Of a stretch of DNA of 64,000 bases, positions 19,901 to 29,220 are shown piece after piece (within the stretch, counting starts at the first letter, position 1; each line of letters begins with the position of its first letter). Made by a program: the position numbers and the translations under genes. The stretch lies in assembly GCA_020848375.1 (NCBI GenBank), contig JADLAF010000022.1, positions 10,663 to 74,662 of the forward strand. Direction: 5' to 3'. The notes under the pieces are model-generated. The model ran no database searches and was not told the DNA's origin. It saw only the letters and a list, made by a program, of their open reading frames with translations. The DNA comes from Ignavibacteriaceae bacterium. GTDB taxonomy: Bacteria > Bacteroidota > Ignavibacteria > Ignavibacteriales > Ignavibacteriaceae.

Positions 19901-22174
19901 TTATTTAACCAGACTCATTTTTTGTCTTGCGAGGAAAGAGCCGGCTTTCATTTCGTATATATAGATTCCGCTGGAAAGACCTGATGCATTAAATATGATA
20001 TCGTGTCTTCCTGCTTCGGTAAAGCCGTTAACAAGCACTGCTACTTCCCTGCCGATTGCATCATATACCTTAAGCGTCATCTCGGCTGATTCCGGCAGGT
20101 AATATTCAATCCGGGTTGACGGGTTAAACGGATTTGGATAATTTTTTGAAAGCCCGAAGAGCACCGGCTTGTCAACATGGACAAACACTTCAGAAGAATA
20201 CTGATGCTGTCCGTCGAGATCAATTTGCCTTAAGCGGTAACTGAATTTGCCGATTTTATTTAAATCTCTGTCAGTAAAGGAATACTTCTGAGCTTCAGTA
20301 ACAGTTCCTGCCCCTTCAAGATATCCGATTTTCTGCCAGTCTTCAGTTATCAGGCCGGTCTGAATTTTTCTTTCAACTTCAAAACCACGGTTATTAGTTT
20401 CAGTTGCTGTCATCCATGCAAGGGTGACGGTGTTTTCTTTTTGTTCTGCCTGAAATGAAGTAAGTTCAACCGGAACCACCTGCTGAACCAGAATACTCAC
20501 GGTTCTCTGATGAACAGGAATACCATTCGGTCCGCTTCCTTCAATTACCAGAGTGTAGGAACCTGTTGAAACCTCGCCAGCAGTTTTAATTTTTACAGGA
20601 AGTGAAGAGGGAAAGCTCATCAGTGAATCTCCCTGCGGAAACTGAACACTCAGACTCCCGGAAACCGGAGTTGGTGAGAGTGTTGCGGTAAACTTTACTT
20701 TATCAGACCAAAGTTTAACACTTGGTATATTTACAGAAACAGTGAGTGAGTCATCTGCGTTATACATTTGAGCGTTTTCAGGTGATACGGTCAGTGCATA
20801 ATCAGGAAAATATCCTACATAGCTGCCATAGTTATTATTACGGAAATCAGTCCAAATAGCCAGGGACACATTTCCTGCTGATGAAATTGCATCATAGTCT
20901 CCCTGATATGCAGGTGCTGATCCGCTGCTGCTCAGTTTTATTTTAAAGGTTTTATTGGTTATTCTCTGGTTCGGTGCCCAAGTTATGCCTCCGTCATCAG
21001 AGTAGGATGCATATACATCCATACTGTCACTTGTCGGAACGCGTCTGGTGTCGTACCATTTTGCAAAGAGACGACCTGTTTCTTTATCAGCCCAGATAGC
21101 CGGAAAAAACTGAAAATTGCTCTGTGAGTTGGGATCATCGTTTACAATTACCGGAGTTGACCATGTTGCCCCCTGGTCAGTTGAATATCTGCTGAAGATA
21201 TCAGATTTATTTCCATTGCCTGATGGATTATTCGACGCATAGACAAGATACAATCTGCCTCTGAAAGGACCCCATGAGTTGTCTGATGCAATCATAGGAT
21301 AAGGACGCGTTCTCATTCCTGCTACAGTTGAACGACCGCTTGTTTCAGTTCCAATTAAATTTGAGAACGACTGCGTTGATTTTAAAGTAAAAGATGAACC
21401 GCCGTTGGTTGATACATAGAAGGTATATATACCTGAAGCGTTGGATCCTGAATGCGTTACAACGTAAACACATCCGCCTGAGATATTATTTCCGCCGGCA
21501 ACATTAGGGCCTACTGCAACCATCATTCCGGGCAGGACTTGAGTATTCATAACAGTTGTCTGATTCCATGTCGCGCCCATGTCAGTTGTCCGCCAGAAAT
21601 TACCAGCGCTGGAAGCACTTGGTCCCGTCATTACGCCATAAACATAGTTGGCATAAGGCCCGGAAGTTTGATCGGCGGCAATCCAGTTTTTATCTCTCCC
21701 TGATACCCCCGTCAAAGATGGTCCCCAGGTAGTACCGTTGTCAGTTGATTTCATAACCTTAGCACCCTGTATTGGACTGCCAAACATGTTCTGATAATAT
21801 AAATTACCAAGACTGTCAAAAGCGGTAACCGGATCACCTGACATCGAAACACCAAACTGTGGGGCGGACTGAATCCAACTCAATCCGTTATTAGACCTGA
21901 AGGCAGTATTAATATTCCAACCAGTGAATGATTGTTTTGGGTTACGGGGGTTAATGCTACCGTGTGGTTCGGCAGTGGAAATACCAAGATAGAAATTATC
22001 ATATCCGTCAATGGTAACCAGAGCTTCTGTTGGCGGAAACGGATGAAACTCCTGACTGAATTTAACTGGGTCAATAAAGTCAGAATTAGGGTCATCCTGA
22101 GCAAAAAGTTGAGCGGTGCTAATCAGAAAGAGATTAACTATGAATAAGAATGAAAATCGGATCGATTTCTTCAT
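19901..22174 (-). CDS. Secreted BNR/Asp-box (sialidase-fold-like) beta-propeller protein with T9SS C-terminal sorting domain
   Basis: Asp-box repeats are STDNGTTW, TTDMGATW, STDQGATW and SDDGGITW. The C-terminus has NYPNPFNPSTRIEYYL...GIYIYEMKAG, typical of a T9SS type-A CTD. The likely start is MKKSIRFSFLFIV (22174) rather than the 22234 given in the ORF track. Confidence 0.75.
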   Translation of the reverse strand: MKKSIRFSFLFIVNLFLISTAQLFAQDDPNSDFIDPVKFSQEFHPFPPTEALVTIDGYDNFYLGISTAEPHGSINPRNPKQSFTGWNINTAFRSNNGLSWIQSAPQFGVSMSGDPVTAFDSLGNLYYQNMFGSPIQGAKVMKSTDNGTTWGPSLTGVSGRDKNWIAADQTSGPYANYVYGVMTGPSASSAGNFWRTTDMGATWNQTTVMNTQVLPGMMVAVGPNVAGGNNISGGCVYVVTHSGSNASGIYTFYVSTNGGSSFTLKSTQSFSNLIGTETSGRSTVAGMRTRPYPMIASDNSWGPFRGRLYLVYASNNPSGNGNKSDIFSRYSTDQGATWSTPVIVNDDPNSQSNFQFFPAIWADKETGRLFAKWYDTRRVPTSDSMDVYASYSDDGGITWAPNQRITNKTFKIKLSSSGSAPAYQGDYDAISSAGNVSLAIWTDFRNNNYGSYVGYFPDYALTVSPENAQMYNADDSLTVSVNIPSVKLWSDKVKFTATLSPTPVSGSLSVQFPQGDSLMSFPSSLPVKIKTAGEVSTGSYTLVIEGSGPNGIPVHQRTVSILVQQVVPVELTSFQAEQKENTVTLAWMTATETNNRGFEVERKIQTGLITEDWQKIGYLEGAGTVTEAQKYSFTDRDLNKIGKFSYRLRQIDLDGQHQYSSEVFVHVDKPVLFGLSKNYPNPFNPSTRIEYYLPESAEMTLKVYDAIGREVAVLVNGFTEAGRHDIIFNASGLSSGIYIYEMKAGSFLARQKMSLVK

Positions 22175-22268
22175 CCGGGGGCCCTTTTTTGATTTGTAAA
22201 AGTGCAAGTTACAAAAATCATTCTTCTCCTTCAAAATAAAGAAGAAAGAGCCCCAAATTAAATGCTGC

Positions 22269-24008
22269 TCACTCCCTCTCTGAGTAGTGTGTATGCAGAA
22301 TTTTGTGGGCTTTATGACTGCCCGGGTTCTCCAGATATTCGTTGTAGAGTAGTTTTACCGCCTCGTTTTCGTGTGAATTGCGTTTGACTGCACTACTATC
22401 AAGACTATAAAGGGTTTCCCTGCGTTTTTCTATTTTATTTTCTATTTTCTTAATGGGCTGACCTCCGCCATTAACACAACCGCCGGGGCATGCCATAACC
22501 TCAATAAAGTGATATTCGCAGGTTCCGTTAAGTATTGACTCCATAACCGGTGCAGCACCGCCTATGCCGTTGATAACTGCTACATTAATAGTTAATCCAT
22601 CAACTTGCACTGTTGCTGACTTAACATGTTCATTTCCTCTTACAGCCATAAGTTCTGGCGAAGTCATGTTATTACCCTTCAGCATAAAATGGGCGGTACG
22701 AACAGCAGCTTCCATAACCCCGCCAGTAGAGCCAAAGATAACAGCAGCGCCGGAAGACTCACCAAGCGGATTATCAAACTCACTCTCAGGCAGATTTGCA
22801 AAGTCAATACCGGCCAGATTAATCCATCGAGCCAGTTCCCTTGAGGTAAGAACTGCATCAACATCCGGAAGGGTCTCCTCCGAAAGCTCAACTCTGGACG
22901 CTTCAAATTTCTTCACCGTACAGGGCATAATAGAGGTAACATATATATTATGGGGAACCAGTCCCATCTTTCTGGCGTAATAAGTCTTAATAACTGCACC
23001 CTCCATCTCATGAGGCGATTTACAACTTGAGAGATGTGACAAGAGTGCCGGATAATAATGTTCTATATATTTAACCCAGCCGGGGCAGCAACTTGTGAAC
23101 ATCGGCAGCGTGCCGCCATTTTGAACACGTCCGATAAACTCAGTTGCTTCTTCCATGATAGTCAGGTCAGCGGCAAAGTTTGTATCAAATACTTTTGAGA
23201 AACCAAGCCGTCTTAGTGCAGTCACCAGCTTCCCGGTAACATTTGAACCGGCTGGAAGACCGAACTCTTCACCCAGAGCCGAACGGACAGCAGGGGCAAC
23301 CTGAGCGATAGTAAATTTCTCATCATTTTCTATTGCATTAACCACTTCTTTTAGTGAGCTTTTCTCACGAAGTGCTGCTACCGGACAGGATAATATACAC
23401 TGACCGCACAGGATGCAGGTTGAACTTTGATTCAATCCTTTATTAAACGGTGTGGTTACAATACTTCTGAATCCACGGTTTACAAAATCAATCGCGCCAA
23501 TTTTCTGCACCTCACCGCAGGTTCTTACACATCTTCCGCAAAGAATACATTTTGCCGGGTCACGTTCAATTGAAGGGCTTGATATATCAATTGCGTGCTG
23601 TTTGCATTCACCGAAATATCTGTGTTCTCTTACGCCGTAGCGTGCCGCCAGTGTTTGGAGCTCGCAGTTGCCGTTTCTGACACAAATAAGACATTCCTGC
23701 GGATGATCTTCAATCAGAAGTTCAATAATCGTTTTTCTGGCGCGTCTCACCCGTGAGTTATTCGTAATAACTTTCATTCCATCTGAAGCAGGATAAGCAC
23801 AGGCAGGAACTAATGAGCGATATCCTTCTACTTCCACCGTACAAAGACGGCAGGCACCGCCGGGCAGAAGATCTTTCATGTGGCAGAGTGTAGGAATTTC
23901 AATCCCGGCTGCTTTTGCAACATCAAGTATAGTTGCACCCTCGTTTGCTGTTACGGTCAGGTTATCTATTTGTAATTCAATCGTTTTTTCTGTTTTCATT
24001 TCAAACAT
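22269..24008 (-). CDS. hydA: [FeFe]-hydrogenase catalytic subunit (M3-type, HydA/HndD-like)
   Basis: 579 aa. It has an N-terminal plant-type 2Fe-2S domain and several CxxCxxC ferredoxin motifs. The H-cluster motifs are TSCCPGW, MPCTVKKFE and EVMACPGGCVNGGGQP. Confidence 0.9.
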   Translation of the reverse strand: MFEMKTEKTIELQIDNLTVTANEGATILDVAKAAGIEIPTLCHMKDLLPGGACRLCTVEVEGYRSLVPACAYPASDGMKVITNNSRVRRARKTIIELLIEDHPQECLICVRNGNCELQTLAARYGVREHRYFGECKQHAIDISSPSIERDPAKCILCGRCVRTCGEVQKIGAIDFVNRGFRSIVTTPFNKGLNQSSTCILCGQCILSCPVAALREKSSLKEVVNAIENDEKFTIAQVAPAVRSALGEEFGLPAGSNVTGKLVTALRRLGFSKVFDTNFAADLTIMEEATEFIGRVQNGGTLPMFTSCCPGWVKYIEHYYPALLSHLSSCKSPHEMEGAVIKTYYARKMGLVPHNIYVTSIMPCTVKKFEASRVELSEETLPDVDAVLTSRELARWINLAGIDFANLPESEFDNPLGESSGAAVIFGSTGGVMEAAVRTAHFMLKGNNMTSPELMAVRGNEHVKSATVQVDGLTINVAVINGIGGAAPVMESILNGTCEYHFIEVMACPGGCVNGGGQPIKKIENKIEKRRETLYSLDSSAVKRNSHENEAVKLLYNEYLENPGSHKAHKILHTHYSERE

Positions 24009-24023
24009 GGCTTCACCAGACTT

Positions 24024-26009
24024 CTAATTCACTGAGATTGCATTAAACTTACATGACTCAACGCACATACCGCACTTCACGCACTTGTCCTGAACGATAT
24101 AATGTGCCTGTCCTTTTTCGCCGAGGATTGCCTCCGCTGAGCACTTACGAAGACAGATACCGCATCCTGAGCAGATATCATTATCAATGGTAAAAGTCAG
24201 AAGGTCTTTGCAGACACTTGCTTTGCAATGGCGTTCGTACAAGTGCTCCTCATATTCCTCTTTGAAATACTGAAGACCCGAAAGAATAGGATTCGGAGCT
24301 GACTGCCCGAGTCCGCAGAGTGCAGTATCCCTTATGACGTTTGCCAGTCTGCGCAGATAAATGACCCCTTTGAATCGGTGCAGTTCATCTTTTTCATCCT
24401 TTGTGCTCTTATAACTCACCGGTATCCGTTCAATTATTTCAAGCATTCTTTTTGTGCCTTCTCTGCACGGCACACATTTTCCGCAAGACTCGTTTTGAAT
24501 AAATGTGAGGAAATATCTTGCAACATCAACCATACAAGTATCTTCATCCATCACCACAAATCCTCCAGAGCCCATCATGGCACCAACTTCTTTGAGTGAC
24601 TCATAGTCAACCGCGGTTTTGATTACCGTTTCAGGTAAACATCCGCCTGAGGGACCACCTATCTGAACTGCCTTAAATTTTTTGTTATCAGGAATACCGC
24701 CGCCAATTTCAAAGACAACCTGTTCGAGTGTAATGCCCATGGGAACTTCGACCAGACCAGTATTCTGGATTTTTCCCGACAGTGCAAATACTTTTGTCCC
24801 TTTGCTGCGTTCGGTGCCAATTTTTTTATAGGCAGATGCACCCCTTTCAATAATGGTAGCAATGTTTGCTAATGTTTCAACATTGTTTATTACTGTGGGT
24901 TTACCCCAAAGACCTGCAACAGCAGGAAACGGAGGTCTTGGTCGAGGCATTCCGCGTTTACCTTCAATTGAGCCAATCAGAGCAGTTTCTTCACCGCAGA
25001 CAAAAGCGCCTGCCCCTTTTTTAATTTTTAGGTGAAAATTAAATCCGCTGCCAAGGATATTTTCGCCAAGCAGACCATATTCTTCAGCAGTCGTAATAGC
25101 TTTAAGAAGGCGCTCGATGGCGAGTGGATATTCAGCGCGGCAGTATATATAACCGGATGAGGCACCAATAGCAAAACCGCCGATTAACATCCCTTCGATT
25201 ACGCGGAAAGGATCACTTTCAAGCACGCTTCTGTCCATAAATGCACCGGGGTCACCCTCATCTGCATTGCAGATGATGTATTTCACTTCGCTCTTCTGTT
25301 TGGCTGCCAGTTCCCATTTCTTACCGGTAGGAAATCCGGCTCCGCCTCTTCCCCTCAGACCTGCATCAAGAATTTCCTTAACCACCATCTGCGGATTCAT
25401 AAGACGCAGAGCTTTATCAAGCGCCTTGAACCCACCTGCTGCTATATATTCATCAATAGAATCAGGATTTATAATACCGCAATTCTGAAGAACAACCTTT
25501 TTCTGAAGACGGAAGAAAGGGTGGTCGCCTAAGTAAGCTATTTCATTGTTTTCTCTTGTATGAGCACCGAGAAGCTTTTCCTGATAAACTTTCTTTTCGA
25601 TAATGGTTCTCTTTATAAGTGCAGGAACCAGCTTAGGGGTTATTTCGCAGTAAGATACTCTCTGTCCGCCCGGAAGTTTTATATCTACAATAACTTCCTT
25701 CGCGCAGAAACCTATGCACCCGACACTTACGATGTTGGCTTTAATTTCGTTTTTCATAAGTTCCGCTTCAATTGCTTCCTTAACCTTTGCAGCACCCGAA
25801 GCAAGACCGCAGGTTCCCATTCCGATAAATATGAACGGATTCTCTATATCATTGTAAAGCTGGTATTCAGAAAGTGCCTTAAATTTAGCTCTGCATTCTT
25901 CATCAAGGTGGCAGAGAGGACCATCTTTGCAGCACTGTATATACATGGGGCATGGTGTTCCCTTTTCGTGCCAGCACTTATCGCAGCATTTTTCACTGAA
26001 TTTTAACAT
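24024..26009 (-). CDS. hydB: NuoF-like flavin/NAD(P)H-binding subunit of [FeFe]-hydrogenase (HydB/HndC-like)
   Basis: 661 aa. It has a thioredoxin-like 2Fe-2S domain, a NuoF core (GRGGAGFPTGKKW, CGKCVPCREG), and two C-terminal 4Fe-4S motifs (CSGCGICLRKC, CVKCGMCVESC). There is an extra Cys-rich N-terminal about 40 aa. Confidence 0.85.
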   Translation of the reverse strand: MLKFSEKCCDKCWHEKGTPCPMYIQCCKDGPLCHLDEECRAKFKALSEYQLYNDIENPFIFIGMGTCGLASGAAKVKEAIEAELMKNEIKANIVSVGCIGFCAKEVIVDIKLPGGQRVSYCEITPKLVPALIKRTIIEKKVYQEKLLGAHTRENNEIAYLGDHPFFRLQKKVVLQNCGIINPDSIDEYIAAGGFKALDKALRLMNPQMVVKEILDAGLRGRGGAGFPTGKKWELAAKQKSEVKYIICNADEGDPGAFMDRSVLESDPFRVIEGMLIGGFAIGASSGYIYCRAEYPLAIERLLKAITTAEEYGLLGENILGSGFNFHLKIKKGAGAFVCGEETALIGSIEGKRGMPRPRPPFPAVAGLWGKPTVINNVETLANIATIIERGASAYKKIGTERSKGTKVFALSGKIQNTGLVEVPMGITLEQVVFEIGGGIPDNKKFKAVQIGGPSGGCLPETVIKTAVDYESLKEVGAMMGSGGFVVMDEDTCMVDVARYFLTFIQNESCGKCVPCREGTKRMLEIIERIPVSYKSTKDEKDELHRFKGVIYLRRLANVIRDTALCGLGQSAPNPILSGLQYFKEEYEEHLYERHCKASVCKDLLTFTIDNDICSGCGICLRKCSAEAILGEKGQAHYIVQDKCVKCGMCVESCKFNAISVN

Positions 26010-26545
26010 GATTCCTCCCCGGTCTTAACAGGTACTTTGGCTGAAGCATTTACCCTGGCCATAAATTTTTTGATTACACCGGCTACTTCTTTTACTGAAA
26101 TTCTGCCGAAGTATTCATCATTGATTGTAATCACCGGAGCAATACTGCAGGCACCAATACAATTTACCACTTCAATAGTAAAGTTGCGGTCTCGCGTGGT
26201 ATCACCCGCTTTAATGCCGAGCTGAACTTCTAGAGCGTAAAGCACGCCCGAGGAGTTTTTAACATGGCAAGCCGTGCCTCGGCAGACTCGTATTACATTT
26301 TTACCGAGCGGCTTAAGCCGGAATTGATTGTAAAAAGTTGCGACTCCGTAAACCCTGCTGAGAGGAATCGCCGTATATCTGGCAATAAGCTTCATTTGTT
26401 CTTCAGACAAATAGCCAAATACATCCTGGGTATCCTGTAATAAAGGAATGAGTGAGCTTTTCTCGTTGGGGGGGTATATTTTATAAAAATCAGGAAACAT
26501 TGTAACCTCATTAGCGTTATCTGATAATGGCAATTCTCGTGCCAT
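26003..26545 (-). CDS. hydC: NuoE-like 2Fe-2S subunit of [FeFe]-hydrogenase (HydC/HndA-like)
   Basis: 180 aa with the NuoE-type cysteine pattern (VCRGTACH ... CIGACSIAP). It overlaps the hydB start by 7 nt. Confidence 0.85.
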   Translation of the reverse strand: MARELPLSDNANEVTMFPDFYKIYPPNEKSSLIPLLQDTQDVFGYLSEEQMKLIARYTAIPLSRVYGVATFYNQFRLKPLGKNVIRVCRGTACHVKNSSGVLYALEVQLGIKAGDTTRDRNFTIEVVNCIGACSIAPVITINDEYFGRISVKEVAGVIKKFMARVNASAKVPVKTGEESC

Positions 26546-26748
26546 TTACCCTATTGAAAATTGCCGCTAAACTGTTGAATTTTTCTACAATAATTGGTTA
26601 AATGCTTGCCAGCTCGCAATCATTCCTCTTATTTAGAAAAATTTTCTATAAAATGAAAGAATACTCTCAAAAACCGGTCTGGGAGCAGATTTTCGTATAT
26701 TTAAGCTGTATTTTCAATCATTTCCTCAAAAAGATTTCAGTTTTACAG

Positions 26749-27903
26749 ATGAAAAAGAGCTTTTTTATCCCGGTTTTCTTCTTTTTGATAATACCCATTG
26801 CTGCATGCAACTTTACTGGTGATGGCGATAAAATTTACACCGAAAAATCAAGAACCTTGGATATTGACAAGGTTAATGACGAAATTTCGAAATCGAGACG
26901 GAATGTCATTACTGAGACTGTTTCAAAAACCAGCCCTGCAGTAGTTGGTATCAATGTGACGGAGGTCAGGCAGTTTCGCGATCCTTTTTTCTCCCCTTTC
27001 TTTGATGATCCCTTTTTCAGACAGTTTTTTGGTGACCGTACCTATTCCCAAAAGGTGAAAAGTCTCGGCTCCGGATTCCTCATTTCTGCAAACGGCTATA
27101 TTCTCACGAATGATCACGTAGCTGGTAGTGCCTCAGAAATAGTTGTTACGCTTACCGATGGAAAACATTATAACGCAAAAGTTATTGGAAGTGACCCGGT
27201 ATCAGATATCTGCCTGATTAAAATTGAGGGAGATAACTTCCCTTTTATCCCCCTCGGAAACTCTGAGGAGGTTATAATTGGAGAGTGGGTCATAGCCCTT
27301 GGCAACCCCTTTGGTCTGTTTGACGTGAACAATAAACCTACTGTTACAGTCGGGGTAATAAGCGCGACAGGCATGAACCTGAACCGGGTTGAAAACCGTT
27401 ATTATCTGAATATGATACAAACTGACGCGGCCATTAACGGCGGAAACAGCGGCGGGCCCTTGGTTAACTCCCTCGGAGAAGTAATAGGAATGAATACTAT
27501 CATTTTTACTTCCGGGCAGTCACAGGGCAGCATCGGACTTGGTTTTGCGATCCCCATAAATAAAGTTAAGAAGATAGTTGATGAACTAAAGGATAAAGGA
27601 AAAATTGACCGTGATTTTACAACCGGTCTGACTGTTCAGGATATTGATGAAACTCTGGCTAAGTACTTTAAACTTGAAGACACAAAAGGTGTGATAATCA
27701 CCAAAATCAGAAGAAACTCCTCCTCGGATAACGCCGGTCTGAAACCTGGGGATGTTATAACACAACTGGATAACTTCAGAATTGATAATGAAAACACACT
27801 TGTGGGAGTGCTACAGGAGTACCGGACCGGGCAATCTGTAGTCTTTACCATTCTTCGTGATGGTAAACCTGAAACTTATAACATGAAACTGGAGAAAAAT
27901 TAA
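26749..27903 (+). CDS. HtrA/DegP-family periplasmic serine protease with PDZ domain
   Basis: The catalytic triad context is TNDHV, DICLIK and GNSGGPL, with a C-terminal PDZ domain (GLKPGDVI). I prefer the start MKKSFFIPVFFFLIIPIAAC (lipoprotein-like signal, 26749) over the 26602 given in the ORF track. Confidence 0.85.
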   Translation: MKKSFFIPVFFFLIIPIAACNFTGDGDKIYTEKSRTLDIDKVNDEISKSRRNVITETVSKTSPAVVGINVTEVRQFRDPFFSPFFDDPFFRQFFGDRTYSQKVKSLGSGFLISANGYILTNDHVAGSASEIVVTLTDGKHYNAKVIGSDPVSDICLIKIEGDNFPFIPLGNSEEVIIGEWVIALGNPFGLFDVNNKPTVTVGVISATGMNLNRVENRYYLNMIQTDAAINGGNSGGPLVNSLGEVIGMNTIIFTSGQSQGSIGLGFAIPINKVKKIVDELKDKGKIDRDFTTGLTVQDIDETLAKYFKLEDTKGVIITKIRRNSSSDNAGLKPGDVITQLDNFRIDNENTLVGVLQEYRTGQSVVFTILRDGKPETYNMKLEKN

Positions 27904-29202
27904 ATGATTCAGCGGTATTCCCGTCCTGAAATTAGTGCTATCTGGTCAGAAGATTTTAAATATAATACCTGGCTTCAGATTGAGATACTCGCCTGTGAAA
28001 AGCGTGCCGAGAGGGGTGAAGTTCCGTTAGCTGATCTGGCGGAGATTAAGTCTAAAGCCAATTTTGAAATTAACAGGATTTTAGAAATTGAAGAAACCAC
28101 CAACCATGATGTAATAGCTTTTTTAACCAACGTAGCTGAATATGTGGGACCGGCCTCACGGCATATACATTACGGCATGACTTCCTCTGACGTACTGGAT
28201 ACCGCTCTTTCTTATCAGATGAAAGCCGCCGGAGAAATTTTGCTTCAGGATTTATATATGCTTAAGGAGAGTTTATGGAAAAGAGCGGCAGAACACAAAA
28301 ATACCCTCTGCATTGGCAGAACACATGGCATTCACGCTGAACCCATAACCATGGGGCTGAAGTTTGCGCTCTGGTATGAAGAAACCAGGCGTAATATATA
28401 CCGGCTTGAACAGGCAGTAAAAAATATCTCCTTCGGTAAAATCTCCGGTGCTGTGGGAACGTTTGACCACCTCGAACCGGATGTTGAAGATTATGTCTGC
28501 CGCGGGCTTGGTTTGGAGCCAGCCCCTATTTCAACACAGGTGCTCCAGCGGGACCGCCACGCTGAATACATTTCCGTTCTCGCTATTATTGGCGGTACTC
28601 TGGAAAAAATAGCAACTGAAATCCGTCATCTTCAGAAAACCGAAGTGCTTGAAGCAGAAGAGTATTTTGCAAAAGGACAGAAGGGATCAAGCGCAATGCC
28701 GCATAAAAGGAACCCGATAACTTGCGAAAGAATCGCTGGCATGGCAAGAATTTTACGTGGGAATGCAACTGCTGCATTTGAAAATATTGCACTCTGGCAC
28801 GAACGTGATATAACCCACTCCTCAGTAGAAAGAGTAATTATTCCCGACTCGACCATTCTGCTTGATTATATGCTTGCAAAGACAATTTCACTGATCGATA
28901 ATCTTCTTTTATATCCAGAAAATATGATGAAGAACTTTAATAAAACACGCGGACTTGTTTTCAGCCAACGAGTGCTGCTCAGGTTGGTAGAAAAAGGGCT
29001 CACCAGAGAAGCAGCATATAAAGCAGTCCAGACTGCTGCCATGACCGTCTGGAAAGATGAGTCGAAAAATATGAAGGATGAACTGCTGGCTGATGACTCA
29101 GTTACAAAATTTGTATCAAAAGAAGAAATTGATGATATCTTTAATCCGGCAAACCTGCTGAAGAATCTCGATAAAATTTTTGAAAGAACTATTTACTCAT
29201 AA
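27904..29202 (+). CDS. purB: Adenylosuccinate lyase
   Basis: 432 aa. The N-terminus MIQRYSRPEISAIWSE is typical of PurB, and the fumarate-lyase signature is GSSAMPHKRNP. Confidence 0.9.
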   Translation: MIQRYSRPEISAIWSEDFKYNTWLQIEILACEKRAERGEVPLADLAEIKSKANFEINRILEIEETTNHDVIAFLTNVAEYVGPASRHIHYGMTSSDVLDTALSYQMKAAGEILLQDLYMLKESLWKRAAEHKNTLCIGRTHGIHAEPITMGLKFALWYEETRRNIYRLEQAVKNISFGKISGAVGTFDHLEPDVEDYVCRGLGLEPAPISTQVLQRDRHAEYISVLAIIGGTLEKIATEIRHLQKTEVLEAEEYFAKGQKGSSAMPHKRNPITCERIAGMARILRGNATAAFENIALWHERDITHSSVERVIIPDSTILLDYMLAKTISLIDNLLLYPENMMKNFNKTRGLVFSQRVLLRLVEKGLTREAAYKAVQTAAMTVWKDESKNMKDELLADDSVTKFVSKEEIDDIFNPANLLKNLDKIFERTIYS

Positions 29203-29220
29203 TTTAACAGGAGAATTAAC

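Noticed and set aside
26602-26748. N-terminal 49-codon extension of the HtrA ORF, and analogous extensions at 15910 (floA), 22234 (BNR protein) and 60077 (PP2C)
   Set aside because: The extensions precede clear signal peptides or conserved N-termini. Internal starts give canonical N-termini, and for floA the internal start also has an AAGGAG RBS. The ORF track simply takes the longest frame.
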